Positions 42,674 to 52,300 of a DNA stretch of 64,000 bases are shown in pieces; the first letter of the stretch is position 1; each line of letters starts with the position of its first letter. The stretch is from assembly GCA_945947575.1 (NCBI GenBank), contig CAMEYM010000014.1:2738-66737 (forward strand), read 5' to 3'. The notes under the pieces were generated by a model. The model did no database searches. It was not told the DNA's origin and saw only the letters and a list, made by a program, of their open reading frames with translations. Position numbers and translations under genes: made by a program. This stretch comes from Rhizobium sp. Q54. Lineage in GTDB: Bacteria > Pseudomonadota > Alphaproteobacteria > UBA2966 > CAIVPW01.

Positions 42674-44020
42674 ATGCGTTACCTGCCCCTAGGCCCCGAC
42701 GACCGCGCCAAGATGCTCGGCGTCATCGGCGCCAAGTCCGTCGATGAGTTGTTCAAGGACATCCCCGCCAAGGCGCGCGTCTCGGGTCTCCTCGACCTGC
42801 CGATGCACGCCGGCGAGCTCCAGGTCGAGCGCACCCTTGGCGCCATGGCGGCAAAGAACCGGGCCGCCGGCGCCGGTCCTTCGTTCCTCGGCGCGGGCAG
42901 CTACCGCCACCACATTCCGTCCGCGGTCGATCACCTGATCCAGCGCTCGGAGTTCCTGACCTCGTACACGCCGTACCAGCCCGAGGTCGCCCAGGGCACG
43001 CTGCAGTTCCTGTTCGAGTTCCAGACCGCCGTCGCCATGCTGTCCGGCATGGAGGTCGCCAACGCCTCCATGTACGAGGGTGGCTCGTCCTGCGCCGAGG
43101 CGGTGCTGATGGCCGGCCGCGTCACCGGCCGCTCCAAGGCGATCCTGTCGGGGTCCCTGCATCCGCACTACCGCGACACCGTGCGCACCTTCTGTCAGTT
43201 CTCGCCGGTCACGGTGGAGTACGGCGAACCCAACGTCGACGGCAACGAAGACCTGGCGTCCAAGCTCGGCCCCGACGTCGCCTGCGTCGTGGTGCAGACG
43301 CCCGACTTCTTCGGCAACCTGCACGACTACACCAAGCTGGGCGCCGCCTGCCACGCCGCCGGCGCGCTGCTCGTCGTCGTCGTCACCGAGGTGGTGTCGC
43401 TCGGCGCGCTCAAGTCGCCCGGCCAGATGGGCGCCGACATCTTCGCCGGCGAAGGCCAGAGCCTCGGCGTCGGCCTCAACTTTGGCGGCCCCTACGTCGG
43501 CCTGTTCGCCACCAAGAAGCAGTACCTGCGCCAGATGCCGGGCCGCCTGTGCGGCCAGAGCGTCGATGCCGATGGCCGCCGCTCCTACGTGCTGACGCTG
43601 TCCACCCGCGAGCAGCACATCCGCCGCGAGAAGGCGACGTCGAACATCTGCACCAACTCCGGCCTGTGCGCGCTGGCGTTCGGCATCCACGTCTCGCTCC
43701 TGGGCGAGGAGGGCATCCGCCGCTTGGCCAAGCTCAACCACGCCGCCGCCGTGCAGCTCGCCGACCAGCTCGGCGGCGTCAAGGGCGTGAAGGTCCTCAA
43801 CAAGACGTTCTTCAACGAGTTCACCGTCCAGCTGCCCGGCTCCGCCACCGAGATCGTCGAGAAGATGGTCGGCCAGGGCGTGCTCGTCGGCGTGCCGGTG
43901 CAGCGTCTGTATCGCGACCGCCCCGAGGTGGCGAACCTCCTGCTCGTCGCCGCCTCCGAGACCAACACCGATGCCGACCGCGCGGCCTATGTCGCCGGCC
44001 TCAAGAAAGTGCTCGCATGA
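42674..44020 (+). CDS. gcvPA: glycine dehydrogenase (decarboxylating) subunit 1
   Basis: 448 aa (MRYLPLGPDDRAKMLGVIG...). Confidence 0.95.
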   Translation: MRYLPLGPDDRAKMLGVIGAKSVDELFKDIPAKARVSGLLDLPMHAGELQVERTLGAMAAKNRAAGAGPSFLGAGSYRHHIPSAVDHLIQRSEFLTSYTPYQPEVAQGTLQFLFEFQTAVAMLSGMEVANASMYEGGSSCAEAVLMAGRVTGRSKAILSGSLHPHYRDTVRTFCQFSPVTVEYGEPNVDGNEDLASKLGPDVACVVVQTPDFFGNLHDYTKLGAACHAAGALLVVVVTEVVSLGALKSPGQMGADIFAGEGQSLGVGLNFGGPYVGLFATKKQYLRQMPGRLCGQSVDADGRRSYVLTLSTREQHIRREKATSNICTNSGLCALAFGIHVSLLGEEGIRRLAKLNHAAAVQLADQLGGVKGVKVLNKTFFNEFTVQLPGSATEIVEKMVGQGVLVGVPVQRLYRDRPEVANLLLVAASETNTDADRAAYVAGLKKVLA

Positions 44021-45540
44021 AGACCGACACCTTTTCCGGCAACCGCGGCCTCGACCTCGAAGAGCCGCTTCTGTTCGAGCTCGGCCGTCCCGGCGTCACC
44101 GGCGTCGACATGCCCGACGCGCCCAAGGTCGCAAGCAAGCTCGGCGGCCTCGAGCGCGAAGGCTCGATCGGCCTCGCCGGCGTGTCCGAGCCCGAGGTGA
44201 TCCGTCACTTCGTGCGCATGTCGCGCAATAACTACTCGATCGACGCCAATCTCTACCCGCTCGGCTCGTGCACGATGAAGCACAACCCGCGCCTCAACGA
44301 GAAGATGGCGCGCCTGCCGGGATTCGGCGACGTCCACCCGCTGCAGCCGGAGTCCACCGTGCAGGGCGCGCTCGAGCTCATCCACGTCCTCGGCCATTGG
44401 CTGAAGACCATCACCGGCATGCCCGCCGTCGCCATGCCGCCGGCGGCCGGCGCCCACGGCGAGCTGTGCGGCATGATGGCGATCCGCGCCGCCCACGACG
44501 CCAAGGGCGACAAGCACCGCACCCGCGTGCTGATCCCCGAGTCGGCGCACGGCACCAATCCGGCTACCGCCGCCCAGTGCGGCTTCAGCGTCGATCCGAT
44601 CCCCGGCAACAGCCATGGCCGCGTCGACCTCGCCGCCGTCAAGGCCAAGCTCGGCCCCGACGTCGCCGGCATCATGCTGACCAACCCGAACACCCTCGGC
44701 CTGTTCGAGAACGAGGTGATCGAGGTCGCCAACGCCATCCACTCGGTGGGCGGCTACTTCTATGCCGACGGCGCCAACTTCAACGCCATCGTCGGCAAGG
44801 CCAAGCCCGGTGACATGGGCGTCGACGCCATCCACATCAACCTGCACAAGACCTTCTCGACCCCGCACGGCGGCGGCGGCCCCGGCTCCGGCCCGGTGTG
44901 CTTCTCCCAGGCGCTGGCGCCCTACGCGCCGCTGCCGATGATCGTCGAGAGACAAGGTCGCTTCCACCTCATCGAGCACCGCGGGAGCGCGGGCGAGCCC
45001 GGCGAGAAGTCGTTCGGCCGCATGCGCACCTTCAACGGCCAGATGGGCATGTTCGTGCGCGCCCTCAGCTACATGATGAGCCACGGCGCCGACGGCCTGC
45101 GCCAGGTCGCCGAAGACGCCGTGCTGTCCGCCAACTACATCATGGCGTCCTGCAAGGACGACATGACCTCGCCATTCCCGGGCCCCTGCATGCACGAAGC
45201 CCTGTTCGACGATCGCTTCCTGGAAGGCACCGGCGTCACCACCCTCGACTTCGCCAAGGCGATGATCGACGAGGGCTACCACCCGATGACGGTCTACTTC
45301 CCGCTCGTCGTGCACGGCGCCATGCTCACCGAGCCGACCGAGACCGAAAGCAAGGAAAGCGTCGACCGCTTCATCCACGTGCTGAAGTCGCTGGCCAAGA
45401 AGGCCAAGTCCGGCGACGCCCAGTTCTTCAAGGACGCCCCGCGCTACGCCCCGCGCCGCCGCGTCGACGAGACGGCGGCAGCCCGCAACCCGGTCCTGCG
45501 CTGGACCCCCCCGGCGCCCAAGGCCCAGGCCGCGGAATAA
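44017..45540 (+). CDS. gcvPB: glycine dehydrogenase (decarboxylating) subunit 2
   Basis: ATG at 44017 overlaps the gcvPA stop (ATGA): MKTDTFSGNRGLDLEEPLLFELGRPG.... The PLP lysine region is present. The track ORF start at 43549 is an in-frame upstream artefact. Confidence 0.95.
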   Translation: MKTDTFSGNRGLDLEEPLLFELGRPGVTGVDMPDAPKVASKLGGLEREGSIGLAGVSEPEVIRHFVRMSRNNYSIDANLYPLGSCTMKHNPRLNEKMARLPGFGDVHPLQPESTVQGALELIHVLGHWLKTITGMPAVAMPPAAGAHGELCGMMAIRAAHDAKGDKHRTRVLIPESAHGTNPATAAQCGFSVDPIPGNSHGRVDLAAVKAKLGPDVAGIMLTNPNTLGLFENEVIEVANAIHSVGGYFYADGANFNAIVGKAKPGDMGVDAIHINLHKTFSTPHGGGGPGSGPVCFSQALAPYAPLPMIVERQGRFHLIEHRGSAGEPGEKSFGRMRTFNGQMGMFVRALSYMMSHGADGLRQVAEDAVLSANYIMASCKDDMTSPFPGPCMHEALFDDRFLEGTGVTTLDFAKAMIDEGYHPMTVYFPLVVHGAMLTEPTETESKESVDRFIHVLKSLAKKAKSGDAQFFKDAPRYAPRRRVDETAAARNPVLRWTPPAPKAQAAE

Positions 45541-45548
45541 TTCTGGAA

Positions 45549-45580
45549 CCCCTCTCCCGCTACAGGCGGGAGAGGGTTGT
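45549..45580 (+). terminator. GC-rich hairpin after gcvPB (CCCCTCTCCCGC-TACA-GGCGGGAGAGGG)
   Basis: A perfect 12-bp stem lies immediately 3' of the gcvPB stop. The trailing U-tract is poor (TTGT), so intrinsic termination is uncertain. Confidence 0.4.
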
Positions 45581-45644
45581 CCGCAGCTTGCGAGCGACAG
45601 CGAGCTAGCGGAGGCTGGGTGAGGGTGGGTAAGACTCTCCCGTC

Positions 45645-45815
45645 ATGCCGAAAAAGAAGCCCTCCAAGGCGAAAGCCAAAGCCAAGCCCAAGAAGCCCTC
45701 CGCCCGCCGCTCGCCGGCCGCGGCCGTGCTCGCCAAGGGCCCCTTCCGCCCGCGCGTGGTGAAGTCCAAGCGCGCCTACACCCGCAAGTCCAAGAGCGCG
45801 AAGTCCGACGACTGA
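45645..45815 (+). CDS. candidate small (56 aa) lysine/alanine-rich basic protein
   Basis: ATG 45645 to TGA 45815 encodes MPKKKPSKAKAKAKPKKPSARRSPAAAVLAKGPFRPRVVKSKRAYTRKSKSAKSDD. In-frame third codon positions are overwhelmingly G/C, as in real genes here. It is below the 60-aa cutoff of the ORF track. No clear Shine-Dalgarno. Confidence 0.45.
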   Translation: MPKKKPSKAKAKAKPKKPSARRSPAAAVLAKGPFRPRVVKSKRAYTRKSKSAKSDD

Positions 45816-45938
45816 CCTCCCGATCCTTGCGCGGCGCCCGCGTCGAGGCCCTTGGCGACGTCCGCGACAACCCGTTCGAGAGCCAGAGTTGGGTGTTTCT
45901 GGCGACGTTCCTGACGTCCCTCTCCAGCCTCGTGTCCT

Positions 45939-46187
45939 TTGAGTGCGCCTGCCGCCAACCACCGCCTGCAGCGGCCGATCCGCGATCGCGAGCGCTTCAA
46001 GAACGCCGCCACCCGCCTGATCCTGATCGGCCTCGTGCTGCAGTCGCTCTCGTGGGTGCTGGTGACCGACCTCATCGTCTCGGCGGTGTTCGACGGCCCG
46101 ATCGACAAACTTGCCGCCGCCCTGATGGGCGCGCTCATCCTGGCGATGTGGTGGGCCGTGCCGTACCTGCGCCGCAACCGCTTCTGA
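45939..46187 (+). CDS. possible small two-TM membrane protein
   Basis: 82 aa with two hydrophobic helices (LILIGLVLQSLSWVLVTDLIVSAV and AAALMGALILAMWWAVPYL). GC3-rich. It would need a TTG start and has no Shine-Dalgarno, so it is weakly supported. Confidence 0.3.
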   Translation: MSAPAANHRLQRPIRDRERFKNAATRLILIGLVLQSLSWVLVTDLIVSAVFDGPIDKLAAALMGALILAMWWAVPYLRRNRF

Positions 46188-46201
46188 CAATACTAAACGT
46201 A

Positions 46202-46230
46202 TTGACACGACGCGTGCCGGGTGCTATATA
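46202..46230 (+). promoter_or_regulatory. near-consensus sigma-70 (rhizobial CTTGAC-N17-CTATAT) promoter with no downstream ORF
   Basis: aTTGACA at 46202-46207, a 17-nt spacer, then CTATATa at 46224-46230. No plus-strand gene follows for about 8 kb. The only structure downstream is the bidirectional hairpin at 46353-46373. Confidence 0.4.
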
Positions 46231-46338
46231 GGGCACGCAACCCGGAAACAGGCTGGCGAAAGGACCTACGTCGGCAGCCGGCCCCAGCGACCGGACGAGC
46301 AGGCCTCGGCGCCGCGCAATCCCGCGCTCTTTGCGCGG

Positions 46339-46373
46339 GAAACAAACAAAAACCCCGCCGGGTGACGGCGGGG
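46339..46373 (-). terminator. rho-independent terminator of the atp F0 operon
   Basis: Minus-strand hairpin CCCCGCCGTCACCCGGCGGGG followed by TTTTTGTTTGTTTC, located 28 nt after the atpF stop. Confidence 0.65.
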
Positions 46374-46401
46374 TCCGTGTCTTGGCGCAGGTACCGCGCG
46401 G

Positions 46402-46893
46402 CTAGTGCAGCTTGCGGTCGAGGTCGCGGATGGCGTCGTCCACCATCTTGTCGGCCTGGCGGTCGTCCATCTCGGCGACGATCAGGCGTTGGGCGCCGCG
46501 CACGGCGATGTCGATGGCGACATCGCGCACTTCCTTCAGCGCCTTCTGCTCGGCGCGGGCGATGCGGTCCTTGGCGAGCTCGGTGCGGCGCGCCACGGCG
46601 ATTTCGAGGGCGCGCGCGGCGTCCTCGGCCATGCGCGCCGCTTCGGTGCGCGCCTGAGCCAGGATCTGCTCGGCCTCGCGCTCGGCGTCCTTCTGCTTCT
46701 TGGTGTACGAGGCCAACAGCGCTTCGGCCTCGGCGCGCAGACGCGACGCCTCGTCGAGCTTGCTCTTGATCTCGGCGGTGCGGCCGTCGAGCCAGCCGGT
46801 GATGAACGCCCAGCCCTTCTTTCCGACCAGCGCGAGGAAGGTCAGGAATCCGAGCAGGGCCCAGTTATGCGGGACGGAGAAGAAGCCTTCCAT
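46402..46893 (-). CDS. atpF: F0F1 ATP synthase subunit b
   Basis: 163 aa with an N-terminal TM helix and a long charged coiled coil; last gene of the atpI-B-E-F'-F arrangement. Confidence 0.9.
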   Translation of the reverse strand: MEGFFSVPHNWALLGFLTFLALVGKKGWAFITGWLDGRTAEIKSKLDEASRLRAEAEALLASYTKKQKDAEREAEQILAQARTEAARMAEDAARALEIAVARRTELAKDRIARAEQKALKEVRDVAIDIAVRGAQRLIVAEMDDRQADKMVDDAIRDLDRKLH

Positions 46894-46894
46894 G

Positions 46895-47386
46895 TTACTT
46901 GCCGCCCTTCAGCTCGGCGTCCACGGCCTTGGCGGCCGCGTCCTTCGAGACGGTCGCGCCCGTGACGCGCTCGGCCGCGGCCTGGGCGATGTCGATGGCG
47001 ACGTCGCGCAGCGAGCTCATGGCCTTGGTGCGCGCCGCGTTGATCTCGCCTTCCGCCTTCTTGCTCTGCTCGGCAAGTTGGGCGTCGAGCTTGGCGGTGC
47101 GCGCCGCCTGCTCGGCGTTGGCGCGCTCGCGTGCCTCGGCGGCAAGCTTCTGCGCCTTGGCGCGCGTCTCGGCCTGCACCTTGTCGAAGGCCTTCTGCGC
47201 CGCTTCGGCCTTGCGGCCGAACTCGGCTGCCTCGGCGAGGTCGCCCTCGATGCGATTCTCGCGCGTCGTCAGAATGCGCTCGATGCGCGGCAGCGCCATG
47301 CGCGACATCAGGAAGTAGAGCAGCACGAACGTGATGACGAGCCACACCAGCTGCGGCGCGTACGTCGTGAAGTCCATCTGTGGCAT
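46895..47386 (-). CDS. atpF2: F0F1 ATP synthase subunit b'
   Basis: 163 aa b-like paralogue lying between atpE and atpF, as in alphaproteobacterial F0 operons. Confidence 0.88.
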   Translation of the reverse strand: MPQMDFTTYAPQLVWLVITFVLLYFLMSRMALPRIERILTTRENRIEGDLAEAAEFGRKAEAAQKAFDKVQAETRAKAQKLAAEARERANAEQAARTAKLDAQLAEQSKKAEGEINAARTKAMSSLRDVAIDIAQAAAERVTGATVSKDAAAKAVDAELKGGK

Positions 47387-47446
47387 GGCGTACCCCGAAA
47401 TCGAACGCGGTTGTGCGGCGTCGCGCCCTAGGCGCGCAACCGACGA

Positions 47447-47671
47447 CTAGCCGAACAGGATGAGGAACGCGAGCACGAGCGCGTAGATCGCGACGGCCTC
47501 GGTGAGCGCGAAGCCCAGCAGCACGTTGCCGAACATCTTCGGCGCGGCGGCGGGGTTGCGGATGCCGGCCGACACGTAGTGGCCGAAAATGGTGCCGATG
47601 CCGACGCCTGCGCCGGCTACGCCGATGGTGGCGAGGCCCGCGCCGATCAGCTTCGCTGCTTCGATATCCAT
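47447..47671 (-). CDS. atpE: F0F1 ATP synthase subunit c
   Basis: 74 aa proteolipid (GAGLATIGVAGAGVGIG...FALTEAVAIYALV). Confidence 0.95.
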   Translation of the reverse strand: MDIEAAKLIGAGLATIGVAGAGVGIGTIFGHYVSAGIRNPAAAPKMFGNVLLGFALTEAVAIYALVLAFLILFG

Positions 47672-47695
47672 GGTGTTCTCCTCTTTCCCCTAGTT

Positions 47696-48454
47696 CTAGT
47701 GCTTGTGCAGGTTAATTGCGTCGGACAGGTACAGGCAGGTGAGTACGGCAAACACGTACGCCTGCAGGAACGCGACGATGACTTCCAGGCCGTAGATCGC
47801 GACCACGAAGATGAACGGCGCAAAGCCGAAGATGCCGAGCGCGATGATGAAGCCCGCGAACACCTCGAGCATGGTGTGGCCCGCCAGCATGTTGGCGGCG
47901 AGACGCACCGAGAGGCTGATGGGGCGGGTCAGATACCCGATGATCTCGATCGGCACCAGCAGCGGCGCCAGATAGATCGGCACGCCGGCGGGCAGGAACA
48001 GGCTGAAGAAGTGCAGCTTGTGGCGCCACAGGCCGATGATCGTCACGGCGATGAAGATGAAGAACGCCAGCGCGAACGTGACGATGATGTGGCTCGTCAC
48101 CGTGAACGAGCCCGGCACCGGGATCAGCCCGATGAAGTTCGCGAACAGGATGAACATGAAAAGGGAGAAGATGAACGGGAAGTACTTCTTCCCCTCGGGT
48201 CCGACGTTGTCGCGCAGCGCGCTGGCGATCAGGCCGTAGGACGCCTCGGCGAGGGACTGCAGGCGGCCCGGCACCAGGTTGCCGCCGCGCGTCGCGGCCA
48301 TCAGGAACCACGTGATCGCCACCACCGAGATCAGCATGAACAGGGCGGAATTGGTGAAGTCGGCGTCGATGCCGAAGATGTCCGGCAGATCGATCAGCCG
48401 CTTGATGGTGAACTGGGCCAGTGGGCCTTCGTGTGCCGCTTCTTCGTGTTCCAC
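47696..48454 (-). CDS. atpB: F0F1 ATP synthase subunit a
   Basis: 252 aa; the conserved Arg region LSVRLAANMLAGH is present. Confidence 0.95.
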   Translation of the reverse strand: MEHEEAAHEGPLAQFTIKRLIDLPDIFGIDADFTNSALFMLISVVAITWFLMAATRGGNLVPGRLQSLAEASYGLIASALRDNVGPEGKKYFPFIFSLFMFILFANFIGLIPVPGSFTVTSHIIVTFALAFFIFIAVTIIGLWRHKLHFFSLFLPAGVPIYLAPLLVPIEIIGYLTRPISLSVRLAANMLAGHTMLEVFAGFIIALGIFGFAPFIFVVAIYGLEVIVAFLQAYVFAVLTCLYLSDAINLHKH

Positions 48455-48492
48455 TGCCCGCCCCCAAAAAATCCGGTAGAGCCCCTAGGGCT

Positions 48493-48819
48493 CTACCCGT
48501 CGCCGCTTCCCTCCATCCGTTTCGCTTCGCGAAACGCGTTGAGGGTGCCCGCGGCCATGCCCAGCGCCAGAAAGACCAACAACAACCAGGGACGAGTTTC
48601 GAGCCACCGGTCGAGAAACCAACCGATGCCGCCCCCCACCAGCAGCGCCGCTACGAGTTCGGTGGCCATGCGAAAGGCCATCCCCATCCCGCGCGAATTG
48701 ACGCCGCTCGCGGGGCCTTGCGATTGCTCACGCTCCCCTTGGGCCCTCCGCAACCGGTCGCCGAAGTCGCCCAGATCGCGGGGCGGCTTGTCGGGTGGTT
48801 GAGAAGGTTCGTCGTCGGT
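48493..48819 (-). CDS. atpI: AtpZ/AtpI family protein
   Basis: A small two-TM protein immediately upstream of atpB. The start is uncertain: MTDDEPSQ... at 48819 or the M at 48861. Confidence 0.6.
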   Translation of the reverse strand, partial: TDDEPSQPPDKPPRDLGDFGDRLRRAQGEREQSQGPASGVNSRGMGMAFRMATELVAALLVGGGIGWFLDRWLETRPWLLLVFLALGMAAGTLNAFREAKRMEGSGDG

Positions 48820-48967
48820 CATCTGCGCCCAGCACTCTGGCGCAAAAAACCGGCCGCACAATAGGGGCCGCTCCGGGGGGTGTCAACCTTCCCCTCTAGA
48901 ATTAAGTGTTTGAAATAGCGTGACAAACTTGCACTGCGCGGCCATTTGCCGCGGACCCGCGGCCAAG

Positions 48968-49387
48968 TCAGTTGTGCGCCGACTCGGAGGCCATCAGGGA
49001 GGGGTCAACCTCGGGCTCGGTCATGACGGCAAGCTTGCCGTCGCGCACCGTGTAGTGCCAGCAGCTCATGCGCCCGGTGTGGCAGGCGACGCCCTTCTGC
49101 TGGACCAGCAGAAGCAGCGCGTCCCCGTCGCAGTCCAGGCGGATCTCGATGACCCGCTGGGTGTACCCGGACGTCTCGCCCTTGTGCCACTGGAAGCCGC
49201 GGGTGCGCGAAAAGAAGTGGGCCTCGCCCGTCGCCAGGGTGCGGGCCACGGCGGCCCGGTTCATCCAGCCGAGCATCAGCACCTGGCCGGACCCAACCTG
49301 CTGCACGACGACGGCGACCAGCCCCGCCTCGTTGAACTTGATGGCGTTGGCGAGGGCGGCACCGACCTCGGGTGCGGGTCCGTCCAC
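48968..49387 (-). CDS. hisI: phosphoribosyl-AMP cyclohydrolase
   Basis: 139 aa with [14 protein letters not shown]...[15 protein letters not shown]...CDGDALL. Confidence 0.9.
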   Translation of the reverse strand: MDGPAPEVGAALANAIKFNEAGLVAVVVQQVGSGQVLMLGWMNRAAVARTLATGEAHFFSRTRGFQWHKGETSGYTQRVIEIRLDCDGDALLLLVQQKGVACHTGRMSCWHYTVRDGKLAVMTEPEVDPSLMASESAHN

Positions 49388-49388
49388 G

Positions 49389-52300
49389 TTACACCGCCTC
49401 GCGCAGCTGCTCGGCCTTTTGCAAGTCGACCGAGACCAGCTGGGAGATGCCGCGCTCGAACATGGTGACGCCGAACAGGCGGTCCATGCGCGCCATCGTC
49501 AGCGGATGGTGGGTAATCATCAGGAAGCGCGTGCCGACCGTGCGCGACAGCTCGGCGACCAGGTCGCAGAAGCGGCCGACGTTGGCGTCGTCCAGTGGCG
49601 CGTCGACCTCGTCCATGACGCAGACGGGCGTCGGGTTCGTGAGGAACACGGCGAAGCGCAGGGCCACCGCGGTGAGCGCCTGCTCGCCGCCGGACAGCAG
49701 CGTCAGCGTCTGCAGGCGCTTGCCCGGCGGGCTCGCCATGATCTCGAGGCCGGCCTCCAACACGTCTTCCGAGTCGACCAGCTTGAGGTACGCCTCGCCG
49801 CCGCCGAACAGGCGGCCGAACAGCTCGCGGAAGTGGCGGTCCACGGCGACGAACGCCGCCTGCATGCGCTCGCGGCCTTCGCGGTTGAGGGCGCCGATGC
49901 CGGCGCGCAGCTTGTTGATGGCGCCGACCAGGTCGTCGCGCTCGGTGGTCAGACGCGTCAGCTCGGCTTCGAGCTCGGTCGCCTCCTGCTCGGCGCGCAG
50001 GTTGACCGGGCCCATCTGCTCGCGCTCGCGCTTCAGGCGCTCGACGGTGGCGTCCACCTCGTCGGCGGGAGGCAGCGGTGCGCCCGGCTCGATGCCGGCG
50101 ACCGTGTGCGCTTCGTCCGGGCCGCACTGCAGCTGCGAGGCCATGCGGCGGTGCACGTCGGTCTTGCGTTCGCTCGCCGCTTCGCTGCGACCCTCGGCGC
50201 GCACGCGCTCTTCGCGGGCGGTGCTGGCGGCCTCATTGGCGCGCTTCTCATCGCGGTCGCACGCGGCCAGCGCCGTCTCGGCTTGGGCCAACGCATCGGC
50301 CGCCGCGTTGCGTTCGGCTTCGGCAACCGCGGTGTGTTCCAACAGCACGTTGCGGCGTTCGGCGAGTTCGACCGGCTTCGCCTCCAGCACCTTCAGCTCG
50401 CTCTCGTCGGCCGTGCGGCGGTTGGCGAGCTTCTCGAGCTGCGCCTCGGCCGCGGTCGCCCGCGCCTGCCAGCCGCCGCGCTCCTGCAGCAGCGCCGCCA
50501 GGCGGCGGGCGCGCATCTCGGCTTCTTGCTTCAGCCGCGCGGCCGTGCGCTCGGCTTCGTTGTGGGCGGTGCGGGCTTCGTCGAGCTTCTGGCGCGCGGC
50601 GGTGATCTCGGCGCGCAGCGCGGCGGCGTCGGGCAGAGTGGCAAGGCCCTCCCGCGCTGCTTGCGCGCGGCGGCCGAGCGTCTCGATCTCGTTGGCGAGC
50701 GTTTGCGCCTGCTCGGCGAGCGCGGCGGCACGCTGGCTGCGCGCCACCGCTTCGCGCACCGCGGCGGCAAACGCCTCGCGGGCGGCCGACAGCGCAGCTT
50801 CGGCCGTGCGCATGTCGGCGCGCGCTGCGGTCTCGGCGGCGGCGGCGCTCTGTGCGTCCGCCTTGGCGATGTCGAAGGCAGCGCGCGCGGTGTCGAGCTC
50901 GTCCTTCGCGGTCGCAACGTCGACCTTCAGTTCTGCCAAGCGGTTGCGCTGCTTCAGGCGCACCGCGGCGCGCGTGCCGGCGTCGGGCGCGCTGGTGAAT
51001 CCGTCCCAGCGCCACAGGGCGCCTTCGCGGCTCACCAGGCGCTGGCCTTGCGCCAGCTGCGTGCGCAGCTCGGCGCCGGTCTCGGCCGTCACGACGCCGA
51101 TCTGCGACAGACGCAGGGCGACCGCAGCGGGACCGGTGACGTACTGGGACAAGGGCTCGACGCCTTCCGGCAGGCCCGGGGCCAGGCGATCGATCTGCAG
51201 CCAGTGCGCGGGCGCGGCGGTGTCGCCGGACGCCTGCAGGTCGTCGCCGAGAGCGGCGGCGAGCGCGGCCTCGAAGCCCGGCGTGACGGTGACTGCATCC
51301 AGGATGGGACGGAACAGGTCGTCCTGGTTGGCACTCAGCACGTCGTTGAGGGCGATCGACTCGACCGACAGACGGCGATGCCGCGCCTCGATCTCGTGCA
51401 AGGTGTCGCGCTTGGTGGTGAGCTGCTCGCCGGTCTCGGCGCGCTTGGCTTCAGCGGCGGCGAGCGCCGCCGTGACGTCGGCCAGCGTGCCGCGTGCCGC
51501 GACGATCTCCGGCACCTGGTCCTCGGCGCTCTGGTCGGGCGGCGCGACTTCGCCCATGCGGGCGCGTTCTTCGGTGACCTCGGCGGCGCGGCGCACCAGA
51601 TCGGTGAGCCGGCCCTCGGCGCCTTCCGCGGCAGCCGACAGGCTGGCGCGGCGCGTCTCCGACTGAGTCAGGTTCTCCGCCAGCGCGTCGGCGGTCCGAT
51701 CGGCGGCTTGCAGGGCGTCACGCGTCTCGCTGCGCAGCGCTTCGGCCGCGGCGATGCCGTCGGCTTCTTGCGCCTTGGCGGCGTTGAGCTCTTCGCTTTC
51801 ACGATCAATGCCGCTGATGTGCTGGGCGGCGTCGGTGCCCATCGCCTCTTCGCGCTCGATGTCGGCGTCGGTCTGCACGACGCGCGCCGTCAGGCGCTCG
51901 GCGTCGGCGCGGGCGCGCGCTTCCTCGGCATCGATGGCGTCGCGCTCCAGGCGCAGGCGCTGCAGCGCGGCGGCGCGCTCAGCTTCGGCCTGGCGCAGCG
52001 GCGGCACGCGCTCGGCGGCATCGACCTGGGCGGTGGAGGCGCGCGCGGCGGCCTCCGCCGTCTCGGCGACCACGCCCTCCGCTTCCCGAAGGGCCGTCTG
52101 TGCGGCCTCCAGTTCGGCGACGGCGTCGGTCCATTGGCGTAGCAGCAACTGCGCCTCGAAGGTGCGGATCTGCGCCGAGAGGCGCGCGTACTTGCGCGCC
52201 TGGCCGGCCTGGCGCTTGAGCGAGCGCAGGTTGGTCTCGTGGCCCGCCATGATGTCGGCGAGGCGTTCCAGGTTGGTCTCGGCGGCCTTCAGGCGGAGCT

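Noticed and set aside
45776-46231. ORFs 45827..46231 (+) and 45776..46177 (-) of ~133 aa each
   Set aside because: Low-complexity Arg/Ala/Pro translations; they compete with the better-supported small ORFs and the promoter in the same spacer.
49068-52142. 1024-aa plus-strand ORF and several 250-760 aa ORFs overlapping smc
   Set aside because: All lie antisense or out-of-frame to the 1150-aa SMC gene, whose Walker A, signature and hinge motifs are unambiguous. Long antisense open frames are expected in a coiled-coil gene of this GC content.
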